A stretch of DNA of 63,993 nt, the filler included, from Phoronis australis (taxonomy: Eukaryota; Animalia; Phoronida), in assembly GCA_002633005.1 (NCBI GenBank). It is 6 parts of 6 records of this genome, joined end to end, with 100 filler letters (N's around TTAATTAATTAA, not from the genome) between each part and the next. Parts side by side here need not be neighbours in the genome. Positions count along the whole stretch, not along the records: positions 34,614 to 49,875 come from NMRA01000658.1; positions 49,976 to 55,571 come from NMRA01002304.1; positions 55,672 to 62,778 come from NMRA01000115.1; 3 more parts are not named here. One strand, given 5' to 3'. Below are positions 48,713 through 62,778 of the stretch, piece after piece; the first letter of the stretch is position 1; each line of letters begins with the position of its first letter. The position numbers and the translations under genes were made by a program. Below the pieces are notes generated by a model. The model had not been told where the DNA came from. It saw only the letters and a program-made list of their open reading frames with translations, and did not search any database.

Positions 48713-49270
48713 TTAAAGGCGAGGCAACCTTTTTCATGTCATTTTGAGCTAAAATAAGGTTGGTTGGTTATCCTAGACATATTTTCCACTTAATTACAGC
48801 TTTTCGTAATTTTATTAATTACTCGTCCTCTAATCCGTAAGTGACGTTTTAGGAGGCAAGCATTTCGCGCCAATTTCTTTTCATATAGTCTGACTGTGAG
48901 AGCTGCCGAGTCAGTTATTGTTCTACCTCGGTTGTGTTAAGTTACGTCGTCGCTTGCTTTCATTTACTAGTCAGTCAACATGCCACACTGTTGCTGCATA
49001 CCGGGATGTACGAATTATCGTCTAACGCGCGCTTTGGGAGTACCTTAGCATCGCTTTCCGATGGATGACACACTTCGCCGTACTTGGCAGGGATCTTTTC
49101 GTACGTCAAAGTAGTATTATTGTTTGGAATGATTTCTAAAAGGTTTATCAGTGACAGTTACATCAATCAATGCTGAATAATTATGCTGTCAACTAGAAAT
49201 TGGTTAGTGAGTTAAGATTACAATCCAAGCCCAATGGCAAAGGGTACGTGACGAATATCTATTAGACTAT
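48713..49270 (+). mobile_element. Kolobok-like DNA transposon, right end not defined
   Basis: TTAA|AGGCGAGGCAACC start; the first ~215 nt match 4944-5164. Confidence 0.55.
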
Positions 49271-52200
49271 TTGTTTACTCCCTATCCCGTGTCTTCTGGA
49301 AATCTATAACACGTTGAAATGGAAATCTATCATGTCTGTTTTCACGTGACTTTTGTTTTTTTTTTAGGTTTGAGGGCTTGTACCGTGCAGAGAAGATATG
49401 CATCGCTTCTGCACCATCCCTGAATGGACAAAAACTAGCTTTAAGCATTTGAAAGCAGCTAACCAGCAAGATCTTTCAAACCAGTCCAGATCTGTTGTCA
49501 AAGCCTACTTTCTATATAGGAGACACCGAACAAAGCCTTTGAAAAAGGAACAGCTATTTTTAAAGAAACGTATGAAAGTCGTTTTTTTAATTTAGTTATT
49601 TAGGTCCTTAGCGGGAGATCAGCATAAGGCGTTGCAGGGGCAGATCCAGGATTTGAAGTTAGGGTAGGGCCAGGGCACAGGAATAACCAGAATTTCGGCA
49701 CATGCGCGCGCCCAACCTAAAATGTAGGGATGCAGTGGTCTCGAATTTTTGGGTTTGTGGACCTTTTTACTAAAAAAGGTAATCGGGATTTGTTGAAGGC
49801 TTATGCATTGTTTATTTGCCCCGAGGCTCCCTGAATGCGCGCATATGCTAATCAGCAATTCGCACCTGATCTGCCNNNNNNNNNNNNNNNNNNNNNNNNN
49901 NNNNNNNNNNNNNNNNNNNTTAATTAATTAANNNNNNNNNNNNNNNNNNNNNNNNNNNNNNNNNNNNNNNNNNNNATTTTAGTCTTTTTACTGGTGTGCC
50001 GTCACTTTGGTCATGTGGTCATGTCTTTTAGTAAAATTTACCAAAACGGATAGGTACATTGATGGGAAAACAATGGTTTCAATAACATTATCAAATTTCC
50101 TCATTTGAAGTAAATGTTCGGTATGAAATCTCGGAATAGTTTTCTAAATTATCATTTCGTTTATGCAGCTTTTGTTTGTTTTAAACTAATCCTAGCAGTA
50201 TTTAGAAGACCACTGCAATAAGCATAGCATCCGAAAGTTTCATATGAATCCAATCAAACATTTATGAGATTGGATGATCCAAAGTTAGCAAAATTTGGAC
50301 ATTTTGCTAATCTCCTTCATAACCCTAAGAGATAATTTTAGGCGAATCGTTCACAATAAAGAATGTGTAGATATTTCGTCACAAAGATAGTATTTTGCGC
50401 TATTTCAGATAAGCACGGTCTGGCAGTTATTTTGACAGCCATGGCGGCAAACTGGATTCAAGTCCACGGGACATTAAAATCACTAAAATTTTGCGTCGCA
50501 CATACATTTCATAGATACTTAGGTAGTTTTTTGGTGAAAAGGTATTCAGAAGTAAAAAATAAATGTTTCCGCAAAAAGCACAGCTCCCAGTCCCTTAGGA
50601 ATAAAATGTATTTGTTTTAACACATTTACAAAAAAGTGGAAGTAACGTAAACTGAGGTGCACCTGGTGCTCATGTGCGTTTAATCTTCCCAACACTCAGA
50701 CACTCGCTGAGAGCGGAATTACGTCACATGTGATATTCCGAACTACAATTTTAAGCATTTCAATGTTGTAAACGGAAATTTATTAACAAACCGACAATGT
50801 CATTAATTTAGTTGATAACGCATTTACAAATTAATCTTTCATAGGTGTAATTTGAAAACATTTTTTGTTGTAAAAAATTATGAATCACACACAGAAAGGT
50901 GATAAAGATTGACTATCTTAATTTCAAATCTTTCATACTTTCACATTAAGAATATTTTAATATTTTGCATTACATCAATACAACATTTATTTAACGTGGT
51001 GAACTGTGAGCATTTTTAAATTAAGAAATTTAAACTGAACCATAAAATTTCGAGAGAAAAATTGGTCTTTCTCTCTGAAAAATTAGATGGGAACTGACAA
51101 TTGTTGATTTTAGCATGCAGAAACGGAACATTCCGGCTCAAATTTTAAAATGTTCGGAATAATCATTGTAATGTAGTTTTGGCTTAGCTTGTTTCAAAAA
51201 TTGAATTTATTGCAATGTCAACACTAAATGAAAAAAGTAGGTCGACCCTAAATTTCCACCCCTTTATTCTATCAGCCCACTGCGTCTTAAACGATACACT
51301 AAGAGCTTGATGATACCCGTCACTCTCGATGTTCCTCGGCTCGCTGTCCCACGAATTCGATCGTGTTCTGCAATCCTGACAATTCCTCTACCCGTTATGT
51401 TAATTTCTCCCCAACTTCTTGGTGTACACGATGCATGAGCCCATATGCGTAAAGGTTGTGTGTGTGTGTGTGNCACTTTTCAGTGATAGGGAGAAGTAAA
51501 ACTGAAATGAGGCACAGAATGAAAAGACTAGATCGGAGCTACGTACATTTTTAGAAGTGTATAACTAGTTACCAGGCCGTTGAGTTCAGTGTTTTACAAA
51601 ACAATGACTAAGACTGTTACAAGAGCAGGCATATGGAAGCAGAAGAATAGATCACGTTGATCGATCCTAAATGAAATAAAAAACGAGGCTCACACCCGCT
51701 TTACTCATGATGATTTACAAACTACAATAAATTCAAGAGAAATTTTTGGTAACTACATTTTATTTCTCACCATTGTTCCTTGGCTGACGGTCCATGAACT
51801 TAGAAGAACGCTTTTTGAAAGTTTGCTTTCCTCAGGGACTGAAATAAGCAAGAAACGTGTTTTTATAATACTGTAAGTTTAGAGTAAATAACTTCCAGTT
51901 TAAGAGCTTTTGAAATCTTGTCGTTTGGTAACTGAAAAATAGCTTACGAATTGTCATCTTAGTTGACGAAGTATAGTCGGATTTCTCCTCCTGTAGCCAT
52001 TTCTTCATTTTCAGGTCAATTACCACTTTTCAATTATTCATTTTTCGATCTTGACAAATAATCGTACAGATGTTCGTGAAAGGCAACGTGAAACTGTCGT
52101 CTCGCTGTCAACGTGGGACAAATGCTATGAAGCAACGGAATGCTGTAGAGTAATGGTAACTATTTCGATCACAGATATTGAGTTTGACAAACCCTAAAAT

Positions 52201-53052
52201 TGGGAATTCAAAAATGGCACATGTGCACATTGCCTGCGACTCGAGTTGGTTACATATATTACCCTATCACGGGAATTTAATCAGATTTATTTTACGAGAG
52301 TAAGAAGGCCTAGCTCGATTTTAATTTTAGTCAGCTAAACAGGGTGACATGCAAGTTTACATTTCGAGTCAGAGTCTTGAGTTTAAGCTCGAACATTAGG
52401 CCGTTTGGGCCCTCGTATTCATTCAAACTAACACCTGTAAAAGGAACGACATTTGCACTGTACCACGTGACTAGAACTGTCACCTTTAATAACCACACGC
52501 TGTGTAACAGGGTCGTTATCTCTGTCCCAGCTGCGATCCGTCTGTTGGAATCCTCCCACGTTATTCTGACGGCCGCAGCAACACCGACAATTCAAAGGTT
52601 CGGTTACGCAAAAAAGTGTGGACGAAGTCATGAACAGTTACCGCAGTCATATCACATTCTTACAAAAATTGTCCGCGTGTATCAATGTGATGACGTCACT
52701 ATTAAACCCTGTTTTTTACTGATGTATTGTAATATGTGATGACTGTAGGCCTACTCATGTAGCAGAACCCTGCCAAAGATGAAGTCAAGAAATATGAGCG
52801 TGAGCTAAGGGCTCGATACTGTGATTTTTCATTCACTGTAATGTTCACAGCGTGCAAAAGAACCGGCGTGCCTTCGGTGGACTCGAGAACCTCGCGAAAA
52901 CGCAAGATCACGCAAAATTTCTCGAGATATACCATACATTGCAAGCCAAGCACGTGACCGTACTAGTTGAACTCGCGAGATGCTTTAGCCTAAGTGTGCG
53001 TTTGCGAAACCACAAGATCACGCAAGATATCACCGCGTATGACACACCAAAC

Positions 53053-53274
53053 CATGCGTGCTCCCAGCCTTTAATATGGGGTGCTCGAATCTCTAACAAA
53101 GTGGACCTTTTGCTCATAAAAAAGCGGGAGGACTAAAAAAATGGGTACCACCTTCAGGTCTGTGAACTGTGCGTCTGCGCCTTTTTAGTGGACTTTTGTC
53201 TCGGACTTTTTGTTTCTGTAAGCTTGACCTTTTTACCCACTTCGCTCCCTGAGCCCCCCCTGGGTGCGCGCATG
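53053..53274. mobile_element. Small MITE with CATGCGCGCACCCAG-type TIRs
   Basis: CATGCGTGCTCCCAG ... CTGGGTGCGCGCATG; same termini as 56946-57263. Confidence 0.65.
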
Positions 53275-54004
53275 CAAACTCTCCTCAAATCTTGAATTAA
53301 ACTTAAGGTATAACGTGAAAGCAAAGTTAAACAACTCTGGCATATTTAATACATTGCATATATGCGGAACAACATCACAATATAAATCCTATCCCCCGCA
53401 AACATGACCACGCATGTCGATGGATGTCCTGAGAGTCATGATGTCCTGCTGTGATTGGTCAAGGTAATGATTGTCAGTGATAGGCAGTAAAGCAGTGGGG
53501 TTGTCTGTGTACATGTTTATAAGGTAAGCCTAGAGAAATATCATCAAATCTTGGAAGCGTGAAACGATTTGTCCCGGTTTTGGAATTAATTCTGCTACAA
53601 GGTGAACCAGTTTCCCAACGATATGTACCGTGATGGAGATATTCTAATAAACCACAGGATGACGTCACCACGAGTCTAACCGCCTCCCCTGTCATAAATT
53701 GCCATCTTTTCCAAACCACCTCCCCTCGAGTGATGACGTAATATGTGAACGCTCCGAAACAATGCTGCCCCTCTTTCTGGAAAATCGCAACGTGATGATC
53801 TCAAGTATCGCAAATTCATTGTGCAAGCAGCATCGCAGAGCATCGCAAATCATCGATAGAGCTAAAAATAACAATAATGGGCTAAAACGACCCTAATGAG
53901 CTGAATGATCCTAATGGGTAGAAATGACATCACTTGGCCGAAATGGTTCTAACGGGTTACAACACATCTTTCGCGGCTATGAATCCTTTATTGTGTACTG
54001 AGTG

Positions 54005-54470
54005 TTAAAGGAGAATGCCACCCGATTTAATTAGTCTTTTTTGCGTCTTAATCGGTCTATATCCAGATCACCTCGCATACGGTCGACCAAGAGGTGTCGC
54101 GTTAACCTGTGAGGAAGGTGAGAAACGACGCTAGCGACGTCAGTGGTTCATATGCAGAGTGAATGACGCTATGTTGCAGTGCATCGTTTCCGCTTGTCCG
54201 AACTAAGCAGCTGCGAGGAAAGCGGGTATATCGTTTTTTTTTTACTTCCACGAGAGTCCGAAATGCTTAGGAAGTGGCTCATGGTAGTGAAGAATGAAAT
54301 GTACACTGTCAATAGCAAGTATGAGGCCGTGAAACATCTCCGTGTCTGTGCCTGCAGACGTCGAACTTGAGTGCATAACGCGAAGTTGTCGTGAGGACTC
54401 GATTGGGACCTCAGGGGTCTCACGCTCCACCGGCTAAATTGAAAAGGCTACAGTGCCTCACGAATGCCGG
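54005..54470 (+). mobile_element. Kolobok-like element 5' end with decayed THAP zinc-finger coding sequence (about 54171-54355)
   Basis: TTAA|AGGAG start. MLQCIVSACPN*AAARKAGISFF/LPRESEMLRKWL...HLRVCA follows the THAP C-x4-C...FP...W...VC pattern, with a stop and a frameshift. Confidence 0.65.
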
Positions 54471-56945
54471 GTTACCAAATAACTCCATATGTTTCGTTGT
54501 CTCAGCTTGTTCACGGCGCCTCTCTAGTATTTCTTCATCCCTGTATTCCTGTTCGAATTGATAGCATGTAAAACTTAACGATCCACCTGCGAAGTCGGGA
54601 TTGATGAGCCGTTCTAGCTCGCCGTCCTAAGTCGGGATTGCGAGTTGCCGTGTTGGCGTTTATTACTGAGCGTTCTGTTTCAAAATGAATTATTCTCACC
54701 CTAACCAATACTTATATCAAACTAAAACAAAGCCTGTCTCATTAGATGCAATTTTTAATGCCTTTGGAGTGTTTGTGAGTGCACGAAATGATTTCAGAAG
54801 CCAGCAATGAATAAATCGCTGCGTTACCGGCTTTAGGTGCAATCAAACTAATTGACGGGACATCGCGAGGCCGTGTGAGCTCATGCTAATTTAGTGTTTG
54901 CTGGCAGAAACTGTTGTGAAACAACTCGATTTCCACCCCACGACCAGGTGTTAGGGGAAATTTTATTTACATTTACATTACTCAAATAATGATAGTCTAT
55001 GTACAACTTCTGCCCTGACGGTGCAGTGTCCAAAGCGGAACTGAATTCGTGGCCCCCGACGAGTAAGTAGATTTGCAGTTTCGTGGCTAATTCACCAACA
55101 TAATCACCTGCACATTACTTTGGCTCACTACTATATTTTCTTGACTGGAAGTTTAGTTTCCACTGAACTTTGGCTGGTTTGTTCGTGATGTCTGATCAGT
55201 TTCCGAGCCACTGGCCGGCCAGGGATAACGAGTCAATCCGGCCGGCCGCAACGGGCCTGATCGGGCTCCGAGCCACTGGCCAGGATAAAAAGCGTTTTGT
55301 GTTAAGAACTCAGAAAATCACAAGTCTAAACAACACAGATCTAGGTTCTTCTGTCTGAATCTCACGGAAAATACTTTGAAATTATCTCCAAACACACCCC
55401 AAACTCCTGCTATGGACCTTATCTTGGCCTGCCGAACTTTGTAGGCTACGGTGTATCCAAATACCAATAAATCTGTACGAACTCGGTGTATTTTCAAGGG
55501 TTTTACATCGAAGTTTGATGATTTATTGGTGCTAAACGATGATTCCAAGCGATAAGCTGACACCAGTAACCNNNNNNNNNNNNNNNNNNNNNNNNNNNNN
55601 NNNNNNNNNNNNNNNTTAATTAATTAANNNNNNNNNNNNNNNNNNNNNNNNNNNNNNNNNNNNNNNNNNNNGTTGGCGTATATAACTAGGTAAATTTTGA
55701 GAGAATATACGTGGCACTGGCTGAATTATCCAGGCAGACAAAGTTCGTAAGCAAATTTACTCCTAGGCGTGTATTTGGGTTAAGTTTTCAGTCCCTAAAA
55801 TGCCAACTGCCGAATATTCGCCAGGCTTCTAGTTTTCGCAAGGCTGTGAGACTGATATTCCCCAAGAGTAGAAAGTTGCAAACTCGGAGTAGCCGGTCTT
55901 GCTTTCTCGTGACCTACTTCACAGCATTGTTTCCCCACGGGCTAAATGCTTTTCCCACAGGCTGTATTTACTCCAGCCCTCAATCCAAAATTCTCTTTAT
56001 GCGGGTACTTTCCCTCTTTGAAAACGAGCAGCCCGTAAAAAAGAAATGTAGTTCGTGAGGAAAGAAATGTAGTTCACGAGAGTGTTGGAAAATATTTGTT
56101 ATGTGCCGCGGGCAAAGAAGGTTATTCCTTTTTTGTGCGAGTACTTTTAATTTTCACTCTTTGGAAACAGTTTTTGTGGAAATAAAAATGGCTCAGGAGA
56201 AGGGGAATTTGTAAGCTAATATTCGCCTAGTGTGACAATGTAGTGCAATACGTAGTTAAAAAGAAATTTGTTCATTAAAAGCAGTGCTCCTGAAAACTTC
56301 AATGTGCTAGTGAGGAGAGGAAGAATTTGACCTCACAACCGGCACTTGTCATCACATGCTTGGAATGCCAATTCTTGCATGTGATTAGAGAGCATACATC
56401 ATCATCACGTTGAGAACTGTGTGAAACTTTATGGCAAGTAAGAGACTTAGGGCCGCCATTTTGTCAATTGTGTAAAACGTGTAAAATTCGGAAGCGGAAA
56501 AATTCAAACTACCTAGCTCTCGCCTGTAAAAGGTTGCCCAGAACCTTCGCCGAGATATGAAAATTCGACAAACTTCCATTTTTGTTCCTTGGCATTCCTT
56601 ACATCTTTGTAGAAGCGAACGACGAAGTTGTCCTGAAGGAATGAATTACGAATTTTAAGGGTTAAAAGCTTGAACACAGACTATGCGTGCACCCAGCCTA
56701 TAGATTGAGAGGCTCGAATTTTTGAGAACGGAATACGGCGTTCAGAGGTATGAACTGATTCGCTGAATTTTGGTAAAAGAAAGAAATACGTCGCACTTTT
56801 ACTGGCAGGCAAGGCGTGATGCTCATTTGTGCAACAAATGACTTCCCGCAGTTGCTAAACGTTGCCCATGTCAAACCAAGCGCTCATTGGTCAAATACTA
56901 CTGCTACCGGAAATCGGCATATATACATACACTCTTTCACAATGC

Positions 56946-57263
56946 CATGCGCGCACCCAGCTTCGACCCNNNNNNNNNNNNNNNNNNNNNNNNNNNNNNN
57001 NNNNNNNNNNNNNNNNNNNNNNNNNNNNNNNNNNNNNNCGACCCCCCCCCCCCCCCATTTGGCGAAATTGGCAAAAAGGTCCTCTCATGAGAGTCAAAAA
57101 GTCCAACAAAATGGAACAAAAGTCCCTAAATAAGCGCAAACGCGCAATTCGCAGTGTTACTCCCGTTTTTTTTTAGTCCGTCCGATCTTTCGTTACCAAA
57201 AGGTCCGTCCACAACGTCAGAAATTCGAACCCCCGCCTATGGTGAAGGCTGGGTGCGCGCATG
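56946..57263. mobile_element. Small MITE with perfect 16-bp TIRs spanning a poly-C gap
   Basis: CATGCGCGCACCCAGC ... GCTGGGTGCGCGCATG. Confidence 0.75.
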
Positions 57264-58290
57264 TGGCGCTATTTTAGGGGGTGGAAAGGCACATTCCCGG
57301 ACTCAGTCACACGTACCGCTGTCTGCATGAGCCTCTGACTAGTCACGGAAATTTGGCAACAATGCTTCTAGATTATTTCATCCAGTCCTCGTTCTGTCAC
57401 CTAATAATGCATTATTAGCGTTAATTTTTAAGTTAAAGACAGGTATCAACTAAAACTCAATATACTCCCTATCTCTTAAATTTGATATTATGGTCTATGG
57501 TTGGTGGACCGCAGGGTGTCCAAAAAGTACTGACAGTCTGATGTGAATGCTTGCACGTGGAATTCGTAACTCATAAAAGTGGCCCTTACTGATTAGTATT
57601 GCGTTTATGTACACAACCTAGTTATAATGTCATTGCTGTGGATTTGGGAAAGTGCACACATCCAAAGTGGATTTACTATCTTGGGACACTAAGCACTCGT
57701 TCTAATTAAGCGAATTAACTTTTGTTTACCATGCAAGTATTAGGTCTATAACCTTTATCATGCAAACGAGATAAGGCCGCTGAATGACAAATTCGTATGA
57801 CTTGTGTGACAGTAATTACATATCCTTGTCTACCTAATTAGAATGCAATTTTCTAGAAAACAACGAACATTCTTTCCAACGATACCAAATGGTAGATTTA
57901 TAGTGTAAGCCATGCAAGCTTTTAGTCTGGCATGTCCATATATTCAAGTACCGAATACAAAGTGAACTATTTATCTTTAAGTTGGAACAAATTTAAATGC
58001 TATGTAGGACCACATAAAATGTCGGCTCACGACAGAACATATCTCAGAACTTGCTGAATGCATTAAATAAGAGCTAGCCCCAGAAATCGCTTGTGCATTA
58101 TATCCAGGTTGCCATTCATTCCCTTGCATACATTCAATAGTAAGACCGAGCTCAGAGGAATAGGGGTGAACGTTTCAAGTGAAATTATATTTAACACAAA
58201 TATGCCGGTTTCTACTACTATTTTAAGCTGTCGTATAAAAAGCAATATTCTACTCTACTCATACCACACTTTATTCTTTTCGTTAACAAA

Positions 58291-59329
58291 TTAAGGGACG
58301 TTCTTTGCTTGTTTTCACCAGTGAGAAGTGGACATATTCTAAAAGTCATGAAAATTATATTTTTCAAGATAAGAAATTTTCACTTCTTGGGAACGGCACT
58401 AAAAGAATTCAAATATCGTTTCAAATCACTTTCATGGATACACTAAATTAAATTCTGTGGGAATTCAAACTAGTGTCATTACTTTTGGGACACTGTGCGC
58501 ACGTGCCATAAACTTTGAGTCACTACGTCATCCTCGACTAAGGCAGCAATCATAAAAACTTACCCAGACCTCGGACAAAGCATGTGAGCACCCATTTGGC
58601 GACGTCGGCAAAAGTAGAAATACAGACAAAATCCAATAAAAAGGAAGGAACTACCAAAATTCGGCGCACGTAAAATTCATAGCTCTGAACGTACCCCGTA
58701 AATCTTTGTAAAAGGTACACATTCTCAAAAACTCGAGCCCCCTCCCCATTTTTAGGCTGTGTGCGCGCATGCAAAGAAGTAACTATACGTCACATGATGT
58801 GACCAAAAGATGGCGTGTAAAAAGACTAAAAATTCGTACTAAATGTATCAGCGTGCTGATTTATAACAGCACAAAAGAGACAAGAGAACATAACAGTTCT
58901 GACAGGAGCCATGTTCCATCTTTTTTGAAAAAACAAGCGGCATCTTGACAACTGAAAGCAGAGCTTAGCTTTCCTCACATGATGTCAGGTCAGCCAAAAA
59001 CGAACAGACACAAAAACATTTCGAACGGGACTAATAAAACACGCTGTTATCTTGGTGGAAACCAAAATAACATAAGTAACAGATTAGCTATCCGCTAAAC
59101 CAGCAAAAAGACTGTTGTGATTTAGGCCACGTACCTTTACTAGTTTCTTGCCAAGTTTAGAAGATTTCTGAGCTTCACTATTGCTTGAGGCAAAGCTCGA
59201 CGCCTGAATTACCCGCCAGTTCCAGTCGTTGATCTCGAGCAATGCCAAACTGTCCGTTCGTGGCCAGAAGTTATTGATAATCTGATTACGAACAATTTTG
59301 AGATACACTTCAATACGGTAAGTCCTCTA
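58291..59329 (+). mobile_element. Probable Kolobok-like non-autonomous element; related inverted fragment at about 49976-50598
   Basis: TTAA|GGGAC start and GTCCTCTAA end. GTGACCAAAAGATGGCGTGTAAAAAGACTAAAAAT resembles the reverse complement of 49976-50015. Confidence 0.4.
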
Positions 59330-59499
59330 AATAAAAAATGCTTTTTGATAAAAAATGGGTTTGTAGCATGCACCTAACTTGAATATTGGACCTTACTAGT
59401 ATGCCAACATGTTAGTTAACTTTGTTGGGATCTGCGCCACTCCTTGAAGTAAAGATCGATTTCTTAGCATATACAAAGCAGCATTGAATTTTTTCTTAC

Positions 59500-59781
59500 C
59501 GACAGGAGAGCACTGGTAGACCACATTTAAATATTTGCTGGTTCCCGGACACGGATCACCAAAGATGGTATTCACTGCTTTCAGTGCACAGCTACGTTTA
59601 TTCTGACATCGACACTTGGCGGCGCTAAGTGATGCCAGTGAAGAGCACCCAGTGGTCATATTCGGCCCACTCTGGCAGGTCTTCGTATCGTTGCGACCGT
59701 ATAAGGCTGACAGAATCTTCAAAGCTCTACCCTTTGTGCACGATAGCGTCATCTTTTGCGATTCACATGCCGTCTTCGATT
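59500..59781 (-). CDS. SUEL-type / rhamnose-binding (Gal_Lectin) domain exon, phase 1-1
   Basis: cag|..SKTACESQKMTLSC...LKILSALYGRNDTKTC...C...CQNKRSC.LKAVNTIFGDPCPGTSKYLNVVYQCSPV|gtaaga; has the YGR and DPC..T.KYL signatures. Confidence 0.92.
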
Positions 59782-60397
59782 CTGTCGTACACAACCATAG
59801 CTTAAGCTCACTACTGTTGACTTTTTATTGTTGAGAACAGATATTTCATTTGTGGAACACGCTTGAAAACCTGACTAGATGGATCTATGACTTTGAACTT
59901 TTTACTTTCAAGTAGACAAAAAACTTTATGTTGTATTGAGCAACTGTCCGATCGTGCACATAGACAACAATTAAACACATTTATGTATTAATTCCGCATC
60001 TTCGAACATAAATTTAATCATTGTCAATGATAAATCTAAAATTATAAAAGCACGCGCAAAACAATGCTCTGTAATTGAATAATCACTTGTCCTAACAAGC
60101 AAAACACATGAAAGAGTAACAACTGACCAATAAATCCATCATGTACTGATTTTCATCAAATTTCCATCAAGTAATCGTCTTCTTATCCGATTACGACCAT
60201 GGTCTTTATTAACCTTGTCTTTCCATACTATGTAAGGTAGACCTATTTGTTTGTAACAGTAGTGGTTTAATTAAATAGCTACCTGTTGACTGGCATAAAG
60301 ACTCGACTCGATTTTGTAATATTTATGTCACAGGAACGTGGCTTACTTATATTGCGCGTGACCACTTATTATATAACTGCAGTGACTCTATTTTTAT

Positions 60398-60520
60398 TGG
60401 TCGTTGTTGTGTTTTTGTTGTTGTTGTTGTTGTTAGTGGTGGTGGTGGTTATGGTGGTGGTGGTGGCGGTAGCGATGGTGGAGGTGGTGGTGATGATACA
60501 TGTGTATATTGGTGGTGGTA
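60398..60520. repeat. (GTT)n/(GGT)n compound microsatellite
   Basis: Directly visible. Confidence 0.9.
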
Positions 60521-62734
60521 TTAATGTTATTATTTGCAAACTACGCTATATTTTTCATCGTTCGTGATAAGTACTTGCCTGGCAACGGCGAAAGAGAGAA
60601 GCACATCGGCAAACACGAGGAGCAGTATTCTTTCATTTCCGAGATGGACTTATTTCGCGCTTGTTGTAGGCTGCTTGTCAGGTCATTGTCTGCCAAAGTA
60701 GAAAGTGGTTTTGTTAACGTTTATAAAGTTTCATAATTGCATTTGAACGAAGTAGCTCATCACCAAGAGCGCTGTCCGGTTTCTCATACATGACATGTTG
60801 CTGAAAAAATTGGAAATTAACATTTGAGTTGGCCGAAAATATTCTAATAGGCTCAGGCCTATGCTTCACATAGTTTGAAAACTGCGCCCCACGACTGGCA
60901 ACACGCGGCAACGGTAAAAAATGGGCAGATCCCGGCCCATTTCAGTTGGTATCAGGTGGCTCATGGGTAAAGAAAAGGATCGCGACCCATATCAGCTGGC
61001 GTCAGGTGGCGCTGAGAAAAAACAAGAACTCGGACCTGTTTCAACCGACCTTATTTGTCCTTTTCTTTTGGAAAAACGATCAATTAGAAACACCGCGTCT
61101 TCACGTCAATTTTTAAATAAAAACACGGAGCAGACTGAACCAATTGTTCCATCTTTGACCCCATAAAATGTTAAGAGACATTCCACGAGAAAAAGAAATC
61201 AAAAAATCACTCTAGGGGTCATCTTTCAGATCCAGCTTAAAACTTGTGTATGTGATCGTGGTGTGGCTCTGATCACCAATTTTGCAGTTATTGATCTTTT
61301 AATTTTTTACCTACAGGCCTTCAAAGGTTTACGAAGAAAACAGCATGTTTTTGCATACCGTAAACAGTAACATATAGATTGCATGCAATTAAAGAATTAA
61401 CATGACGGAATTACTAAGTGGGACATAAGGACTACCAAATAAATTGATATTAATAATTTCCCTGCATTCATCACGTGACGGGATATAAATCCTAAAGCAC
61501 TTTTGTAGTGTTGAAAGTGGGCGCCACTTAAGTGCTTCTAAAAGCCAGTTTGTGGGGTTGTGGACATTGAAAGATATGTTTATGGATAGATATTGGATGT
61601 GTGAACAAATTTTTAAAAAATCTCTCAACTGGGCTTTTTATTTTTTGTTCTAATGCCTCAATGTTGCGTATTCTACATTTTTTAAACAAATGTTTTTGTA
61701 GCTTTAATACATTTAAATTGATTTCAAGAATTAATTCACGAGAATCAACATTGTACGGACCGTAATGCTGTCTGACATGTCCATGTTACCATTTCACCCA
61801 TTGAGTGTTTATAACTTACCGTGGGTCAGAGATTATGCAGGCAAAAGTGATGACACATTTGCCTGGTGCCAATGCCCAAAACGATTGACGCCCTCAGAGG
61901 CAATTTTTAGACTGACATGAATAATTGATGTGATTTTTAATGAAATATTCCGATTTGTGCACTATTTCAAGGCTTTTATTTGTGAACATTTCTTTTGAAT
62001 CAAGGGTTCGAGACTGTATGAAGCGGTCGAACTGAAAACTATTCTTTCACTTTGAAGACACAAGCCTACATCACAGGAAAGGCATCGAAGTCTGAAATAC
62101 AAAAATGAAATAATTAATCAAAATCATGGTGCATTCAAGAGTTATAGGTTTTTATGTGTCAAATTTTGACCCATTACTTTGATCACGTGGGCCATCTTGC
62201 GATGTCAGCGGGATAGGCTACAAGATTGACAGTGCTTAAACTTGATTTTTACAAATATTCTAGCAGTAAAATTTAGTGACACATGTCCTTAACTACCATT
62301 TTGTTCAACCCAGGAGTTTATGCCAGAATTTAATCACGCAAGTGTAACTTATTGAGTGGTTATAGTGCTCACAATTCACGTTGGACAACATGGCGACTTT
62401 TTTGAACTGAAAGGCACGTTTAACCGGCTACATTGTCATCGGTGAAGATTTAACTTTAAAACATTTGTAGACACAATGCTACAAAAAGTTTTGAACGATT
62501 TTCCTGTACGCGTGTCATAACTATTATGAATCTTCTATTTGTTTCAATGTGAAGTGCCCATTCAATTCCACTCTGCCAAAAATACTGTTGAAATTGTTTT
62601 GAAATCGTTTTTTGTTTGAAAGTCAATTTCTGTTCAAGGTATGATTATGTGTCACAACAGAACATATTTCTCTAAATTTTTTGCATAAATTATGCGTTTG
62701 ATTCATGTCTTGTTACTAGTTACCTTTTACTTCA

Positions 62735-62736
<2 letters not shown>

Positions 62737-62778
<42 letters not shown>
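62737..62778. repeat. (AT)n microsatellite running into a gap
   Basis: Directly visible. Confidence 0.95.

Noticed and set aside
52344-52739. 131-aa ORF and overlapping Cys-rich antisense ORF
   Set aside because: No recognisable domain or convincing splice context.
60286-60567. Hydrophobic membrane-protein ORF
   Set aside because: The poly-V/L arises from a (GTT/GGT)n microsatellite.
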